In this document: in pieces, positions 1-15,383 of the stretch | Position numbering within the stretch: position 1 is the stretch's first letter | How the letters are laid out: each line of letters opens with the position of its first letter | Source of the DNA: Chromera velia | Lineage: Eukaryota | NCBI GenBank assembly: GCA_018398765.1 | Contig: JAHBMJ010000443.1 | Location: 186,001 to 230,834, forward strand | Length of the DNA: 44,834 nt | Reading direction: 5' to 3' | Notes under the pieces: generated by a model | What the model was told of the DNA's origin: nothing | Seen by the model: the letters and a program-made list of their open reading frames with translations, nothing else | The model's database searches: none | Program-made: the position numbers and the translations under genes

Positions 1-450
1 CTCCGCAAGCCTGATGCGCCGTCTCCGCGAACGCCTCCATGCACGCGCGGTCGGCCGAGACGTCTCCTTCAATAATTTGAAGGCATCTTGAGCCACCATT
101 CAAGCCTGACAGCAGTTAATTGCCGGATTCCATCATGATTCAACGTACACTCATCTTCCATCCCAGTTAATAATTCGTCATTCTTTTTTCATACTTTTGA
201 CCAACCGCTGCCGTCTGTCTCATTGGCCTGAGCCAAGCAGCCGTCAAGTGCACGTGAAGCTGTCGTGCCCGAAAACGCCGTCAAGGTTTGACAGCCAGTG
301 ATTTCTTGTTACCCGTCTACTTCTGGTGGAAGCGGAGAAAGTGGTAGAGACATCCTTCATTCTGTATTTTTTTGGGGGGGCCCCAAGCAAGATTATCAAA
401 AAGACAGTCAAGGAGTGTTCTATATTTGGCGAGGGGGCGCCAGAAATAAA

Positions 451-2175
451 ATGTTCTGTCTTCAGTCCCCTTGTCGCGCTCTCTGTAGCGTGCCTGTGGG
501 CGACAGGCGGTCCCTCTTCATTGCGGGCACAGGTGCCTCCCATGGGCCAGGGGGCAGTAGCGTTGTTGGTCTTTTGTATGATGAGAAAATAGGGAGTGTC
601 AGTTGCGTTGGAAAGAGCGCTGCTGAGGGTCCCGTCTCCGAGGTGTGTGCGCGGGACGTGGAAGAGCTGTCAAGTGAGATCGGCTCGCAGGGGAGTGATA
701 AGGGAGAGGGGGGGGGCAGTGCTTCAGGTGGTCTGTCTCTGCAGTTTGCGTCGTCTGTTTGCTGTAGTGAGACGGGGAGACGAAGAGTCGGGATGTGGAA
801 ACTTGCCGGTAAAGGGGGTGAGGGTGGAGCACCCGGTTCATGGCAACTTGAACCGCTGTGCTCTCTAGGAGTGGGGTCGGCAGAGGATTTCTCCTTCTGG
901 CCTGGGAGACGGTTGCAGTGGGATCCGTTAACTGGTCAGACAAATGAGGGGGGGGATGCACGGTTGTTCTGTGGAGACGGAGACGGGATTCATTGTTTGA
1001 CGTTTGGGAATGGAGACGCAGGGTCTTCGTCTTTTGTTGTTCTTCGGAATAGGGAGGAAGGATTTGTGTCTGAAGGTTTGCACAATCGCCTGTATGAGAT
1101 CTCTGCTGACCCTTTGCACCCGAATCTGGTGATTGCGGGGGTGGGAAGGGACCTGATAGGATGTGATGTGAGGGAGTCCAGGTGTTTCTGTTTGCGCACA
1201 CAGGTCCACAAAGGCGCTGTGCGGACAGTCGACCATGCTCCCCTAGTGGTGCATCAAATAGCCTCGGGGGGGGAGGACGGCCGGATTTTCCTTTGGGACT
1301 GCCGACATCTTTCAGAGCCTCTGCATGAATTCGGCTTCAGTGCAGAAGGGGAGGAGGAAATGGGGCTAGGGGGAAGTGTAAAGAGCACTGCACACTCCCA
1401 CTGGGTGAAGTCTGTTCGTTACAACCGTAGCCATGATTCCCTTTTGCTGTCAGCGTCGGGGGATACGTCCGTGCGATTGTGGAGGCTGCCCCCCTCAGCC
1501 CTCGAACCTCAGACGCTGCCTCCCCCTCAGGTCGAAAGAGGGGCAGGGAAAGAGAAGGCAGAAAAGGGGGCCTCGGCATGCCCCTCTGCGTTGTCTGCTG
1601 CCCTCTCGGCTGTTTTTGGCACTTGTGGGGAACGTCCCATAGGTTCCTTGGATTGTTCTGCAACGTCTCTGTTGGAGGGACGGTTGGGGTGTCTGAACGC
1701 TCCTGATTTCGGAATTGAAATCTTTGGGGGGACGAGTACGAAGGAGAAGGGAAGGGGAAAGAAGATCGAAGGAAGTAAGAAAAGGAGACGAGAGGGGGAA
1801 AAGAGGCTGCCTTGGATTTCCCTTGTGAGTGGGAGTGAAGACAGGCATAGAGTTGGGTGGGTGGGGGGTTCAGCAGGGGGCAGTATCAGCTTAGCGGTTG
1901 ACGGCGGCACAGGGACGGGAAGGGGGGTTGGCACAGTGGAAATGGACAGTGTCAGCCGGTCCGGACGGCCCGTTGGTGCCAGCACGAGTGAGAGCTGGCA
2001 CGACGCTTCTGTTGAGACTCTCTGTTGGTCTGCGGGGGATCCCTGGGTAGCTGCCTCAGTGGCATCGGGGGTTAGGTCAACCCTTATGGTGGGCCACGTT
2101 CCCTCGTCTGTCCGTATGGAGATTCTGACTTCCTGTGTGTTCCCTGAAGAGGAAGAGGAAGAAGGTGATACATAG
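451..2175 (+). CDS. EIPR1: WD40-repeat protein, EIPR1/TSSC1 homologue (EARP/GARP-interacting), single exon
   Basis: WD40 repeats (HKGAVRTVD...SGGEDGRIFLWD). AHSHWVKSVRYNRSHDSLLLSASGDTSVRLW and the C-terminal HDASVETLCWSAGDPWVAASV...GHVPSSVRMEIL match EIPR1/TSSC1 signatures from memory. The first in-frame ATG is at 451 (MFCLQSPCRAL, like the TSSC1 N-terminal GLEFQARAL); the ORF-track start at 298 is a GTG. Confidence 0.85.
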   Translation: MFCLQSPCRALCSVPVGDRRSLFIAGTGASHGPGGSSVVGLLYDEKIGSVSCVGKSAAEGPVSEVCARDVEELSSEIGSQGSDKGEGGGSASGGLSLQFASSVCCSETGRRRVGMWKLAGKGGEGGAPGSWQLEPLCSLGVGSAEDFSFWPGRRLQWDPLTGQTNEGGDARLFCGDGDGIHCLTFGNGDAGSSSFVVLRNREEGFVSEGLHNRLYEISADPLHPNLVIAGVGRDLIGCDVRESRCFCLRTQVHKGAVRTVDHAPLVVHQIASGGEDGRIFLWDCRHLSEPLHEFGFSAEGEEEMGLGGSVKSTAHSHWVKSVRYNRSHDSLLLSASGDTSVRLWRLPPSALEPQTLPPPQVERGAGKEKAEKGASACPSALSAALSAVFGTCGERPIGSLDCSATSLLEGRLGCLNAPDFGIEIFGGTSTKEKGRGKKIEGSKKRRREGEKRLPWISLVSGSEDRHRVGWVGGSAGGSISLAVDGGTGTGRGVGTVEMDSVSRSGRPVGASTSESWHDASVETLCWSAGDPWVAASVASGVRSTLMVGHVPSSVRMEILTSCVFPEEEEEEGDT

Positions 2176-2650
2176 ATTCTCTGGAATTAGGGGGGGCGTT
2201 GCATGTAGGTCTGCATATTATACAATCGTGTATACCAGTGACCTCCGTCTTGAACGGCGTCTTCTGCGAGTCACGCTTGATTTAGTCGTTCAAGTTTGCA
2301 TATTCACTGCATGAATTCAAAATTTTAAAAGTTTATTCACTATAGTTCATTCTGTAAGGCCTAAGGCCTTTCAGGCTCTTTCGGGCTAGCTTTTGGGGAC
2401 TCTTTAAGCGCTTCTATACGCTCAAACCAAATAGCTCAAACCGACTTTGGGGTAACTTACAGTTACTATAGGTAACTTAGAGTAAAATAGGATAAAGTAT
2501 AGAGTACTAGCTGTTAATTAGGAAAACTTTTAGCTTAACCTTATATATGGATAGTAAAGTAACTAAGGGTAAACCCCTAATTTTATCCTAACCCTAGCCT
2601 TAACCTTAGGCTTGAATTAGGGCTAGACGTTATAGGGTATATATGGTAAG

Positions 2651-3053
2651 TGATGAAGTACGAGATTTAGCTATGTGCAGCGTTGGGTGATAAGAGTTCT
2701 CAAATCAGCCCCTGCTGTCGGTTTGTTCTACTTCTCGTACATCGCCTCCTTTCCTACTAGTCAGAAGGAGTGCCAAACGATGGTCTATCCACTTTCTGCT
2801 CCATTTACGTCCAGAAAAGACATCTGCCGGTTGATCGATCTGTACCGTTAAACGATACATGCATGCGGATGATGCAACTGATTCTCTCTATCGGTGAAAT
2901 AGAACAATTAACTTAGCCGTATCGATAAATCGACGTGTGCGCTCACACTTGCGCGCGCTGCCTTTGCGAGCCACCCCAATTTCTCCAACTTTTTGTACTC
3001 CGGCCAAGCTGTCTCTTCGGCGGTCTCACAGACAAGCCCTTAGGACTTCATCA
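2651..3053 (-). repeat. 3' LTR of the non-autonomous element
   Basis: ~96% identical to 4279-4681; TG...CA ends; adjacent to the PPT. Confidence 0.92.
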
Positions 3054-4278
3054 GTGCATCCTTTTCTTTTGTACGGAGTACGCACCTTACTTCTTCTCTT
3101 CCTGTTTTTGAACAAAACACCACACTTTTGAGGACTGATATTTCCTTCTTTCTCTAGTTTCATTGACATAAAGCATGCTGATATCATGCAGGGAAGAGGT
3201 TTCTCAAATCTCCTACGAGTCAGTCTACAAGCAAGGCGAGAGAGATCTCTGACATTCTATCTGATACAAGAGAGGTCTCAAATTATATTCCAGACAAAAC
3301 GATCGACTCTTGCTTTCACCTCATGAATGTATCAGATTGATGAAAGAAATATGTCTACACAGACGAAGGTACGGGAAAGAATTCTGCAGTCTTTGCATCC
3401 TTTTTTTTTCTTGAAGCTTTTCTTCCCCTTTTCCATCATGGTGTCGTTCAATTTTCTTCTCAACTGAATCACGTTCTTTCTTTCTATCCACCCCGTCTCT
3501 GTTCTGCTCTGTAACAGTTGTCTTTCGATTTGTGTACACGCCCGTACTCGTATGAACAGATCGGGTTATCCTTCTCTCAGCTTTCTGCCTTACACAGTGT
3601 ACTAGGCAGTGTACCTCCATGAACGTATTCACGCTTTCCTCCTACCTCTCTTGCCTTTTTCTCCTTTCCTCTTCCCCCTAATGCATACATCCCAGCAAGA
3701 ACGAACAAGAAAAAGAGGCATGCACGAATTCTGCACAGTTATGCCCAACACACACAGGAGCCCTTTCCATCTGAACCTTTTGACTTCACATGATGGAGCG
3801 GTCGCTTCGTTAACCTGCACGTGCACGAGCACTGCTTTTCTCTCCAGATGTTCGCCGCAAACCCCTGTCCTTGCTCCTCCGAAGACTCTTGGGGACCGTT
3901 TGTGAGGTGGATGATCATGTGGATGCCGATCGGTATTCTGTCGTGTCCTTTCCATGTGTGCGAGAGATCTCTGAACGAACGGACGCCAACGTCTCCTTTT
4001 TCCTCATCGATGTTCTGTTCGACTCGCGAGCTGTCCGGAGATCCTCAACTGGACATCTTGAACAGAGGAAAGAAGACATACTACACCGATACAAACTCTG
4101 GCACTCTGTATTTGAATTCTTACCAGATCGGAAACAAAGATTTGGACAGGAAGAAGATGAAGAACGAAAGACTGTGACAAGAGACCGATGGCTTTGCTAC
4201 TAGCTGATTGGAGAAGAAGCCATCTTGGAAGAAAGTTTTGGAAGCGAAGGCTGGCTGCCCCCCACTTCCGTCACCACT

Positions 4279-4681
4279 TGACGAAGTACGAGATTTAGCT
4301 ATGTGCAGCGTTGGGTGACGAGAGTTCTTAAATCAGCCCCTGCTGTCGGTTTGTTCTACTTCTCGTACATCGCCTCCTTTCCTACTAGTCAGAAGGAGTG
4401 CCAAACGACGGTCTATCCACTTTCTGCTCCATCTACGTCCAGAAAAGACATCTGCCGGTCGATCGATCTGTATCATTAAACGATACATGCATACCGATGA
4501 TGCAACTGATTCTCTCTATCGGTGAAATAGAACAATTAACTTAGCCGTATCAATAAATCGACGCGTGCGCTCACACTTGCGCGCGCTGCCTTTGCGAGCC
4601 ACCCCAATTTCTCCAACTTTTTGTGCTCCGGCCAAGCTGTCTCTTCGGCGGTCTCACAAACAAGCCCTTAGGACTTCATCA
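4279..4681 (-). repeat. 5' LTR of the non-autonomous element
   Basis: Copy of 2651-3053; the PBS lies 2 nt inside on the minus strand. Confidence 0.92.
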
Positions 4682-4866
4682 GTAAGTCATTATAAGTTAT
4701 CAGCATATCATTATCATATACGCCACTAGATACGCCATCGTCGTCTGCCCAGACTAGTGGCCTACTATATTAGATCAAGTCTACTTACATTGTCAACCTT
4801 AGTACGTGATACACCGCCAGACTAGCTACCAGGTTTCGATGTTTTAAGACGATCCGTCCTCGCTAC

Positions 4867-7894
<3,028 letters not shown>

Positions 7895-8083
7895 CGTCAG
7901 GGAGGCACTGTCAGAAAAGAAGCATGTGCACGCTTTGAGAGACTGAGCAAGTTCACTGGGCGAAAAAGTAGAAGGTCTAGCAGAGCATCAGTGAGCAAGG
8001 GATACATGGGTAGCTACAAGAGAGCTTCTTTCAAATCAATGAGTCATCCACTGTGTGACAGCCATGCAGACTCAGGAAGCAGC

Positions 8084-8220
8084 TCTGTCAGCTGCATGCA
8101 TGTCCGACGATTTCCGACGCTTCTTTGCGGTCCGCGAGAAAAGCGAAATAGGTCGGTGCGCAATGCGCGCCCATGCATGCGCGCACGCGCGAATGCGTTC
8201 GTGCATGCATGTATGCGCTT
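8084..8220. promoter_or_regulatory. TGCATG/GCGC-rich putative bidirectional promoter
   Basis: Cluster of TGCATG(C) between divergent starts at 7894 (-) and 8505 (+). TGCATGCA is a known ApiAP2-bound motif in apicomplexans. Confidence 0.45.
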
Positions 8221-8504
8221 AGACGGGCCTGTATATAGACGGACTTCGAGGAGCCATGCCAGTCGGGAAGTTCATTGAATCTGGATTCTGGAACTTGGAC
8301 TTTCAAGAAGTTGTACATAAATGAAGTAACTTTACTCCAAGGGGCATGCTCTTGAGCGTCGTTATTGACTAACAGGGGGCCGAAGCGATTTTACAGGAGG
8401 CCCTCACGGCAACACATCGAAGGATGCATGCGTATACAGTCTGACGCACAGAAATTTACTGGTAGACAGACTACAGAAATTCGACGCATTCCCACCACGT
8501 TGAC

Positions 8505-10095
8505 ATGAGCGGCCGACACGCCAACAGCCTCTCCCAGGTGTTCAGTACGGCTTCCAAAGACGCAATTTGGGTAAGCCGACACAATTGGCAGCAACCCGGG
8601 GTCTGTGTCGAATAAGCTTCATGTATGTATATGCACGCACACATTTTGATGTATAGATGATTCATTAGTGTAGAGCATGGGTTGTCGCATGATTCGGCAA
8701 ACAAAGCCTGGGAGAACGAAGCAAAAAGTGGGTGTGTAGGTGCTGAGATGGACACACGAGAGAGATGCGAACATGACCTGCATGGCATTTCTCTCCGCAC
8801 TGGGCCCCTCTGCCTGCTCCTTCATGCATGCAGCTCACATCCATGTATGTTGTCCTCTTCTCTCCATCGACTGCAGTTCTTTCTCTGTGTTCTCTGTTCC
8901 TCTCCACCTCCTTTGTATCCACTTTTCTCCTCTCCACTCGTTTTCTCCTTGCCCTTTCCCGCAGGAGAAGGTCTTTTCAGGCGACCCCTCCTTGTCCTCC
9001 CAGCAGAAGGACAAGTCGGGTCTCTTCGACCCCTCCCACTGGCACCCCGATGGACCGGCACCGCCTGAAAGCAACACGCGGCTGGGAGAGACACATCACA
9101 GAGGCACGAGCGCCTACTCACCTTTCCACTTCCATCCCTCATCAGCATTCAACCCCCACACACGCGACCCCGCAGACAGAGCCGGGCCGAGAGCTGGACA
9201 CACCGAGGCTCCAATCAAAGCCTCTCCGACGACTTACTTCTCTCCACAGCGACCAAGGCACTCATCTCCTCTGAGAAGCCAGGAGAGGCCCTCGGTCCAC
9301 CAAATGAACACATTCCCATTCGGGGGGGGGGCAGCGCAGTGGCCTGGGCTGACTGCCGCAGAGAGAGTGCAGAGATATCTGATGCACCCGAAAGGGCCCT
9401 CGCAGCCCCGGCCTGAAGAGGGACACTCAAAGGACAGAATGCGGTCAGTTTTCCCGTTTTTGATCCGGCCTTGCCTCTCTACCTTGTTCCCTTTTTTCAT
9501 TGGACCCTTTTCTCGCTCGTTCTGACAACTCAATGGGGTTCACCAGTCAAGAGTGACTCCTTTTGGTCTCTGCTGACTTGCTCGCTTTGCAGATTCTTTC
9601 GGCAAGACAAACCCAGCAAGGAGAACAAACACTGGAGCGAACAGTTCCACCCTCTGCCTACGGACCCACTACACACATTCAAAGGTTGGCCTGGCCAGGG
9701 CATCGCCGGGTTGAGGCTGTCTGTTGCGCGACAGGAAGACGTGACAGCTGTTCAGTCTCCTCTGTCTTTCTGTCTTGTTTGGCTGTCTGTCTCTCCCTTC
9801 TCTGCACAACTTCCGATGCTCTCCTCTCTTCTTTAAAACTATAAGTCCTCCTTTGCCCCCCCTTCACTTTCCGTCAGGAGGGTTCCGAGAGCTCCGAACG
9901 TGCCTGAGAAGAGAACTGGAAACCAGAGCGCAGTCAGTTGGGAAGGTAGAAAGGCAGGCAGGGAGGGAGTGAAAGGGAAGGGGCTGGTTGTCAATCCATT
10001 CTGTTCGGGAGGGATGGAGGCCGTGCGCAAGGGGATTGACGATTTGGTGGCTGAGAGCGGAGGTGAGCGAAAGAGACAGAGACAGAGAGAGAGAC

Positions 10096-10136
<41 letters not shown>

Positions 10137-10148
10137 GACAGAGACAGA

Positions 10149-10189
<41 letters not shown>

Positions 10190-10199
10190 AGACAGAGAC

Positions 10200-10252
<53 letters not shown>

Positions 10253-10361
10253 CAGGGACAGAGACAGAGACAGAGACAGAGACAGAGAGAGAGGGAGACA
10301 GAGACAGAGACAGAGACAGAGACAGGGACAGAGACAGAGACAGAGACAGAGACAGACAGAC

Positions 10362-10411
<50 letters not shown>

Positions 10412-13400
10412 AACGCCAGGGGCAAAGGGAGATCGGAAAAAAAGAAATTGAACACAAAGTGGGAGGGAAGTGCAAGAAGAGCATGGGACCCTGCTGCGTT
10501 TCTACAGTGTCAGGAAGACATTCCAATCTTTGAAGGTCCCCTGCTTCACAGATAGAAATTGCCTGCAAAAGCCAAATTCTGTAAATAGCGATGCCTTTCG
10601 AGGGGTTCCCGCTTCCTTTCGGACCATTATAAAATGCAGCTGGATGTCCTGTCTGGCTGCAGGATCTCGACTGTCTCGCGCACGATTCAGGACCGCTTCT
10701 TTTCTGTCTTGCAAGACACCGAGGCAGAAGAGAGGGAAGGGGAAGAAGGTCTGACAGGCGGAAGGGAGAGAGACAGACTCACCGGCGGAAGGGGAGCAGG
10801 GAGCGCAGTCGACAGTGCACCCTTCAGGTCTCCCACTTCCGTCTCCCCGTCGCCACGGTCACCTTCGCCCTCTGCAAAGATTAGAGCAATGAAGAAACAG
10901 TGCGACGCAGCTACAGAGAGGGCGCATTGGTCGACGCTGGCAGAAATGCAGCAGGGAGACGACGAGGGAGGATCCCCCAGGGTCGGTCTGCAGGTGTATG
11001 CATGTATGCTGTACGGGAGACGGTTAGCACACAGCAGGATCGCATGAAAAGAATTTCGGATGTTTGTGCCACACCGGTGCCTACAGAGAGTGGTCCTCTT
11101 CCTTCCTTAGACAGAGACTGGATATATGTCAACCTTCAAAGTGTATAAGAAGTGTCTCCTTCTTGACCTAGCTTTTTCTTTTTCTTTGCAGGGAGGTCCT
11201 CGACAGACCAATGTGTGTGTTCCGCTGACGGCTGGGGACGCATCCCGGCTGATTCTTCCCCCCTCACGGACCCGCACCTTTCCTGTGGGTCCTCAAGGAT
11301 CGGGGGGTTTTGGGGGATTGGCAGAGGGGGAAACGGGCGGTGGTGTTTATTTGGGTGGGATGGGGGTGGGGGGAGAAAGGTGGGGAGCTCCCGGGGGGGG
11401 CACTGAGATTGTAGGGTCGGAACTTCCAACGCCAACCCGAATGCTGAGCCCTGCAAGGAGGTCGGAGGCCACCGTGATTGTTCCCCCTGGGCTGGGCGTT
11501 GTGAGTGGCCTCCCTTCACTTCAAGAGAGACAATGGTCCGTACAAACAGCCTGATCGAGTTGTTGGATGACTGAATGACTGTCTGGATTTCTTTGTTGGC
11601 CAGCGTATCTCCCTCGAGCAATTTGTATTCTGACTGTGTGGGCCCCGTTCTGTCTCTGGATCTTTTTCTTCAATTCTCTTTTGGCTGTCTGTCTGTTTTT
11701 CTTGAGAGCTTTATACAGTGCCCCAAACTGATTTGCTTGGAAAAAGGGGCACTGGTGGTACTGAATAATGAAACTTTTCTCCTGATGCGTGATGGTCCTG
11801 TCTGATCAGGGGGCGGTTGGAAGAGCGGCTCCGATCTGTTGAGCATCTTTTGCTGTGTTCTCTGGGGAAGGCGGAGACGGGAGGGGAAGTGATTGGGGGA
11901 TTGGGGGGGGGAGGGGAGGTGCTTAGAGGTCGGGTGGAGGAAGGGTCTAGGTCTCCTGTATCTAGTAAAAGAGAGCGAGAGGAGGCGGGAACGAGGGGGG
12001 GGGCAAGTGAGAGAGATCCCAGCGGTGCGGCAGTGTCGGCGCGGTCCGGTGGGTTAGAGCGTGCAGATGCCGCCCTGTCTGCCGTTGGGCTTGCTCAACA
12101 GGTCCTCAAGGACAGCAGAGACAGGGTGACGGCACTGCACTGCCATGCTGCCGCCACTGCCAGCAAGACGATGCCCTCTGTACAGAGATTTGGGGATGAG
12201 GTGGTGGAACTTCGGAGGGAAATTTTGGAGTTGAGGTTGGTGCGTCTTTCTTTTTTTTGGTTCTTTCTTGAACGGTTTTGAACGTTGGTCTTGTGACAGG
12301 CTAGTCAGGGAGTCATGGAGAGATTGGTCAAATACTGATTTTTGGTTCCGTGTGTGTAGATCCCTGCGGCATGGAAGGTTGCGGAACGGTGTGCTTATTT
12401 CTGTGTGTACAAAACAAGGAAGAAGTCTTTGAGATAGACAGAAAAGAGGAGGTCTACTCTTCTTCATACGATGCTCAATTTGTGAGTGTGGCTGTCGACC
12501 CTTCTGGGAATGGAAGGAGGGCCGTCCGCCTCCCGTTGGGTTGCTCCACATGCTTGCGTGCATGCGTGGCTGTGTGCGTTTCTTTATGCGATATATTTGT
12601 GGGGAAGTAGCGATGGATCTCCTTTTACCCAGAAGTCAATTTTCTGAATGATCAGATGACTGCATGACTTAGTAAGTTTTTGGCTCTTTGTGTGCATGCC
12701 TTCATTCATACAGGTGTCTGATGGGAAGTTTTGGCTTTTTGTGTGCATGCCTTCATTCATACAGGTGTCTGATGGGAAGTTTTGGCTTTTTGTGTGCATG
12801 CCTTCATTCATACAGGTGTCTGATGCGAAGTTTTGGCTCTTTGTGTGCATGCCTTCATTCATACAGGTGTCTGATGGGAAGTTTTGGCTTTTCGTGTGCA
12901 TGCCTTCATTCATACAGGTGTCTGATGGGAAGTTTTGGCTCTTTGTGTGCATGCCTTCATTCATTCAGGTGTCTGATGGGAAGTTTTTGGCTCTTTGTGT
13001 GCATGCCTTCATTCATTCAGGTGTCTGATGGGAAGTTTTTGGCTTTTTGTGTGCATGCCTTCACTCATTCAGGTGTCTGATGGGAGAGGCTGTGGACTTG
13101 CTTGTGCCCATCAGGGAGAGGGAAAGGCTCCGAGAAACACAGGGAGGGGCCAACGCTCTGGCCAGCATTCTGGGAACAACAGGATCTGTGGGGGACAGGG
13201 CTCAGGTGTGTCAGTCTGCGTGCCAGTCTTTGGTTGTGTTGACTGTCTGTTATGCTTTTGAGGGATGGCCCACGCTGATTCGAGAAAGATGAAACTTCTG
13301 ATTCACGTTTTCTCTTGTTTTTTTCCTCCTTTGTGCAGGAGCTCTTGCAAGAGCTGATAAGAATAGGCGGAGGTGTCGGTGCAGGAGAGCACATCCGTGG

Positions 13401-15383
13401 CGACGTTTCGGTCAGCCTGGGGATGAGTGAAGTGAGTGTGTGTACCCAAGCTCAATCTGTCTTTCAACTCTTATTGCAGTCGGTTGGTTCATTAGATACA
13501 GGCCTGATTTGTTCCTGCCGGTGTCCTTCTACAAGATTGGAAGGCGCAGATATGGGATTTAATAGAGAGACTTCAGCATATGCATCTGGAGGGAACGAAA
13601 AGAAGTAAACTTGTTTGGACATCTCATCTCTGTTCCCCCGCCTTGACCTTCTTTCCCCGTCTCCCCAATTTATCTCTTCTTGTGCTTGCAGCCAACGGAA
13701 GCTGGTGACCTCTCTCCACCCCCCCCTCCTCCACTGACGGGGACCGACCCTCCACCCCCTCCTATAGCCCCCGGTCGGCACACGAGTAGGAGCGGCCCAA
13801 CAACCCAGAGGTCCGACAAAAACCGTCAATCCTCAAGGGACCACCAGCCACTTTCTCAGAACCCCCCTCCCCCGTCCCCCCCAAATCCCAACACCCTCAA
13901 GAGAGCCTCTTCTACTTCCTCTTCAAGTCTAGAGGACACATCCAATTTATTTGGCAACAGAGTCCCCCCACCCACACCCCCTCAACCCACGCTGCCACCA
14001 GCAGGAGAGACAGGGGGTGGGGTCAATCTCTCAGACCTGCGCAATGCATTTCTGTCATTTGTTCCAGGACAAGCGCAGCCGATCCCAGCTACTTCGTCCG
14101 AAGAGGAGACGGACGGGAGCCCCTCTTCCTTTGCCGCCTCCCCTCCTCCACCGCCTCCACCCGCAATGGTTCAACCAAAAGAAAAACCTGACAATCCCTC
14201 AATGGCCGCCTCTTTTGTCAACTCTTTCTTTGGCGGTGCCCAACAAGAGGAATCCAGTGGGTCTGCCAGCGACGAGCGTAGCCCCACAGCAGCAGCAGCT
14301 CCCCCGCCCCCTCCAAATCTCGGTGTCCCTCAATCAAAACATCCCAATGGCACAGGTCCCATTTCTTCTCCCTCACCATCCCCCATATCCCCTACACCGA
14401 TGGAGGTGTTCAGCAACCTCTCACAATCAGGTTCCTCGTCTCACAGTAAGACCAGCGGAACGTCTCCGAGTGATGATGCGCAGAAGAACCCTGCGCCCTT
14501 CATCCGACCTCTTCGAAAGCAGAAGGGAGACGGCAAACACGACGGTGGAGGACAGGCACACGAAGAAGCAGAAGAGAAACCACAAAGCGTCCCTGCGCCC
14601 ACCCCTGCCACAGAAGAGGAACACTTCTCTTCCTCAGACGGTGCGGCTGCCCCCCCTCCCGCGGTTCCCCCACCGGCAGAGCCCTCAAGCTCACGGCCTC
14701 CCTCTGCAGGCTCACGCCTAGGCATCGCATCGGCAGTCTTTTCCCTCTTCGGAGGCGGAGGGACAGACGCAGACGGGAATGCCGCAAATGAACAACAAAA
14801 AGAAGAAGAGGAAGAGGAGTCTGGCAGCTCCAGTTCGGGAGATAACTCTCCACCACCGCCCCCCCCACCGCCTACAGGTGGAGGCGCGATGACTTCAAGT
14901 GCGCCTCCCTTGACCGTGACCCCCCCTCCAGTACATGCAACCCCCGTGGCAGGGGCAGACGGGCCACTGCCTCCTTCTCAAACCGTCCCATCGGGAGACG
15001 GCCAGGCGCCTCCTCCTGCGACTGAGGGTGGAGGGGGGATGACGTCGGGTTTTCTGCGTTTATTCCAGTTGGACAACTCAATTGCAAGCGGGTCTGAGGC
15101 GGGGGGTGAAAATTCAAATTCTCCGGACGTTTCTCCGGTATCCGGTGCAGGCTCGCCCCCCCCTCCACCTCCTGCACCCACCAGTGGTCAGAATGGGGGG
15201 GGTGGGGGGGCATTTAGCATTTTGAGCGGGGGGGGAGGGGGCCCCGGTGTGGTGGAAAGCGACTCTGACGAGGGTGTGGAAGGCTCTGACGCGTCCGGCT
15301 CGGAAGCACCAGGCCCCCCTCAACCCCCGTCAGGGGCCACAAATGCAGCCGCAGCAGGAGGCAGCAGGTGTCAGACGCAGTAG
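8505..15383 (+). CDS. Uncharacterised ~1190-aa protein with coiled-coil segments and a Pro/Ser/Gly-rich disordered C-terminus, ~10 exons
   Basis: Phase-consistent GT-AG model: 8505-8570, 8965-9443, 9593-9684, 9878-9932, 10663-10993, 11192-11460, 11810-12235, 13115-13205, 13339-13410, 13692-15383. No recognisable catalytic domain. Confidence 0.7.
10072..10408. repeat. Intronic (GAGACA)n/(GGGACA)n/(GA)n microsatellite
   Basis: Read directly. Confidence 0.95.
12674..13084 (+). repeat. 51-bp minisatellite x8, intronic
   Basis: Unit AAGTTTTGGCTCTTTGTGTGCATGCCTTCATTCATACAGGTGTCTGATGGG; near-identical copies with no spacers. Confidence 0.95.

Larger units (their letters stand above)
2651..4681 (-). 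mobile_element. Non-autonomous LTR retroelement (TRIM/LARD-like), 2031 bp
   Basis: 403-bp direct repeats at 2651-3053 and 4279-4681 with TGATGAAGT...ACTTCATCA inverted termini. 5-bp TSD GTAAG at 2646-2650 and 4682-4686. Minus-strand PBS TGGTGACGGAAGTGGG (4261-4276) and PPT AAAAGAAAAGG (~3059-3070). No gag/pol motif in the 1225-bp interior. Confidence 0.93.

Noticed and set aside
1..140. Possible exon of a minus-strand gene at the window edge
   Set aside because: Too short, and two frames are open, so no frame or product can be assigned.
2555..2640. Interstitial telomere-like motifs (CCCTAA, TTAGGG variants)
   Set aside because: Scattered, in mixed orientation and not tandem; explained by the TA-rich composition.
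9864..10568. RD/RE- or SL-repeat ORFs
   Set aside because: Translations of an intronic (GAGACA)n microsatellite.
12674..13084. CRISPR array, or a 17-aa repeat protein (ORFs 12584-13080)
   Set aside because: Units are contiguous with no unique spacers and no cas genes, and they lie inside a predicted intron. The ORFs arise because the unit is 51 bp.
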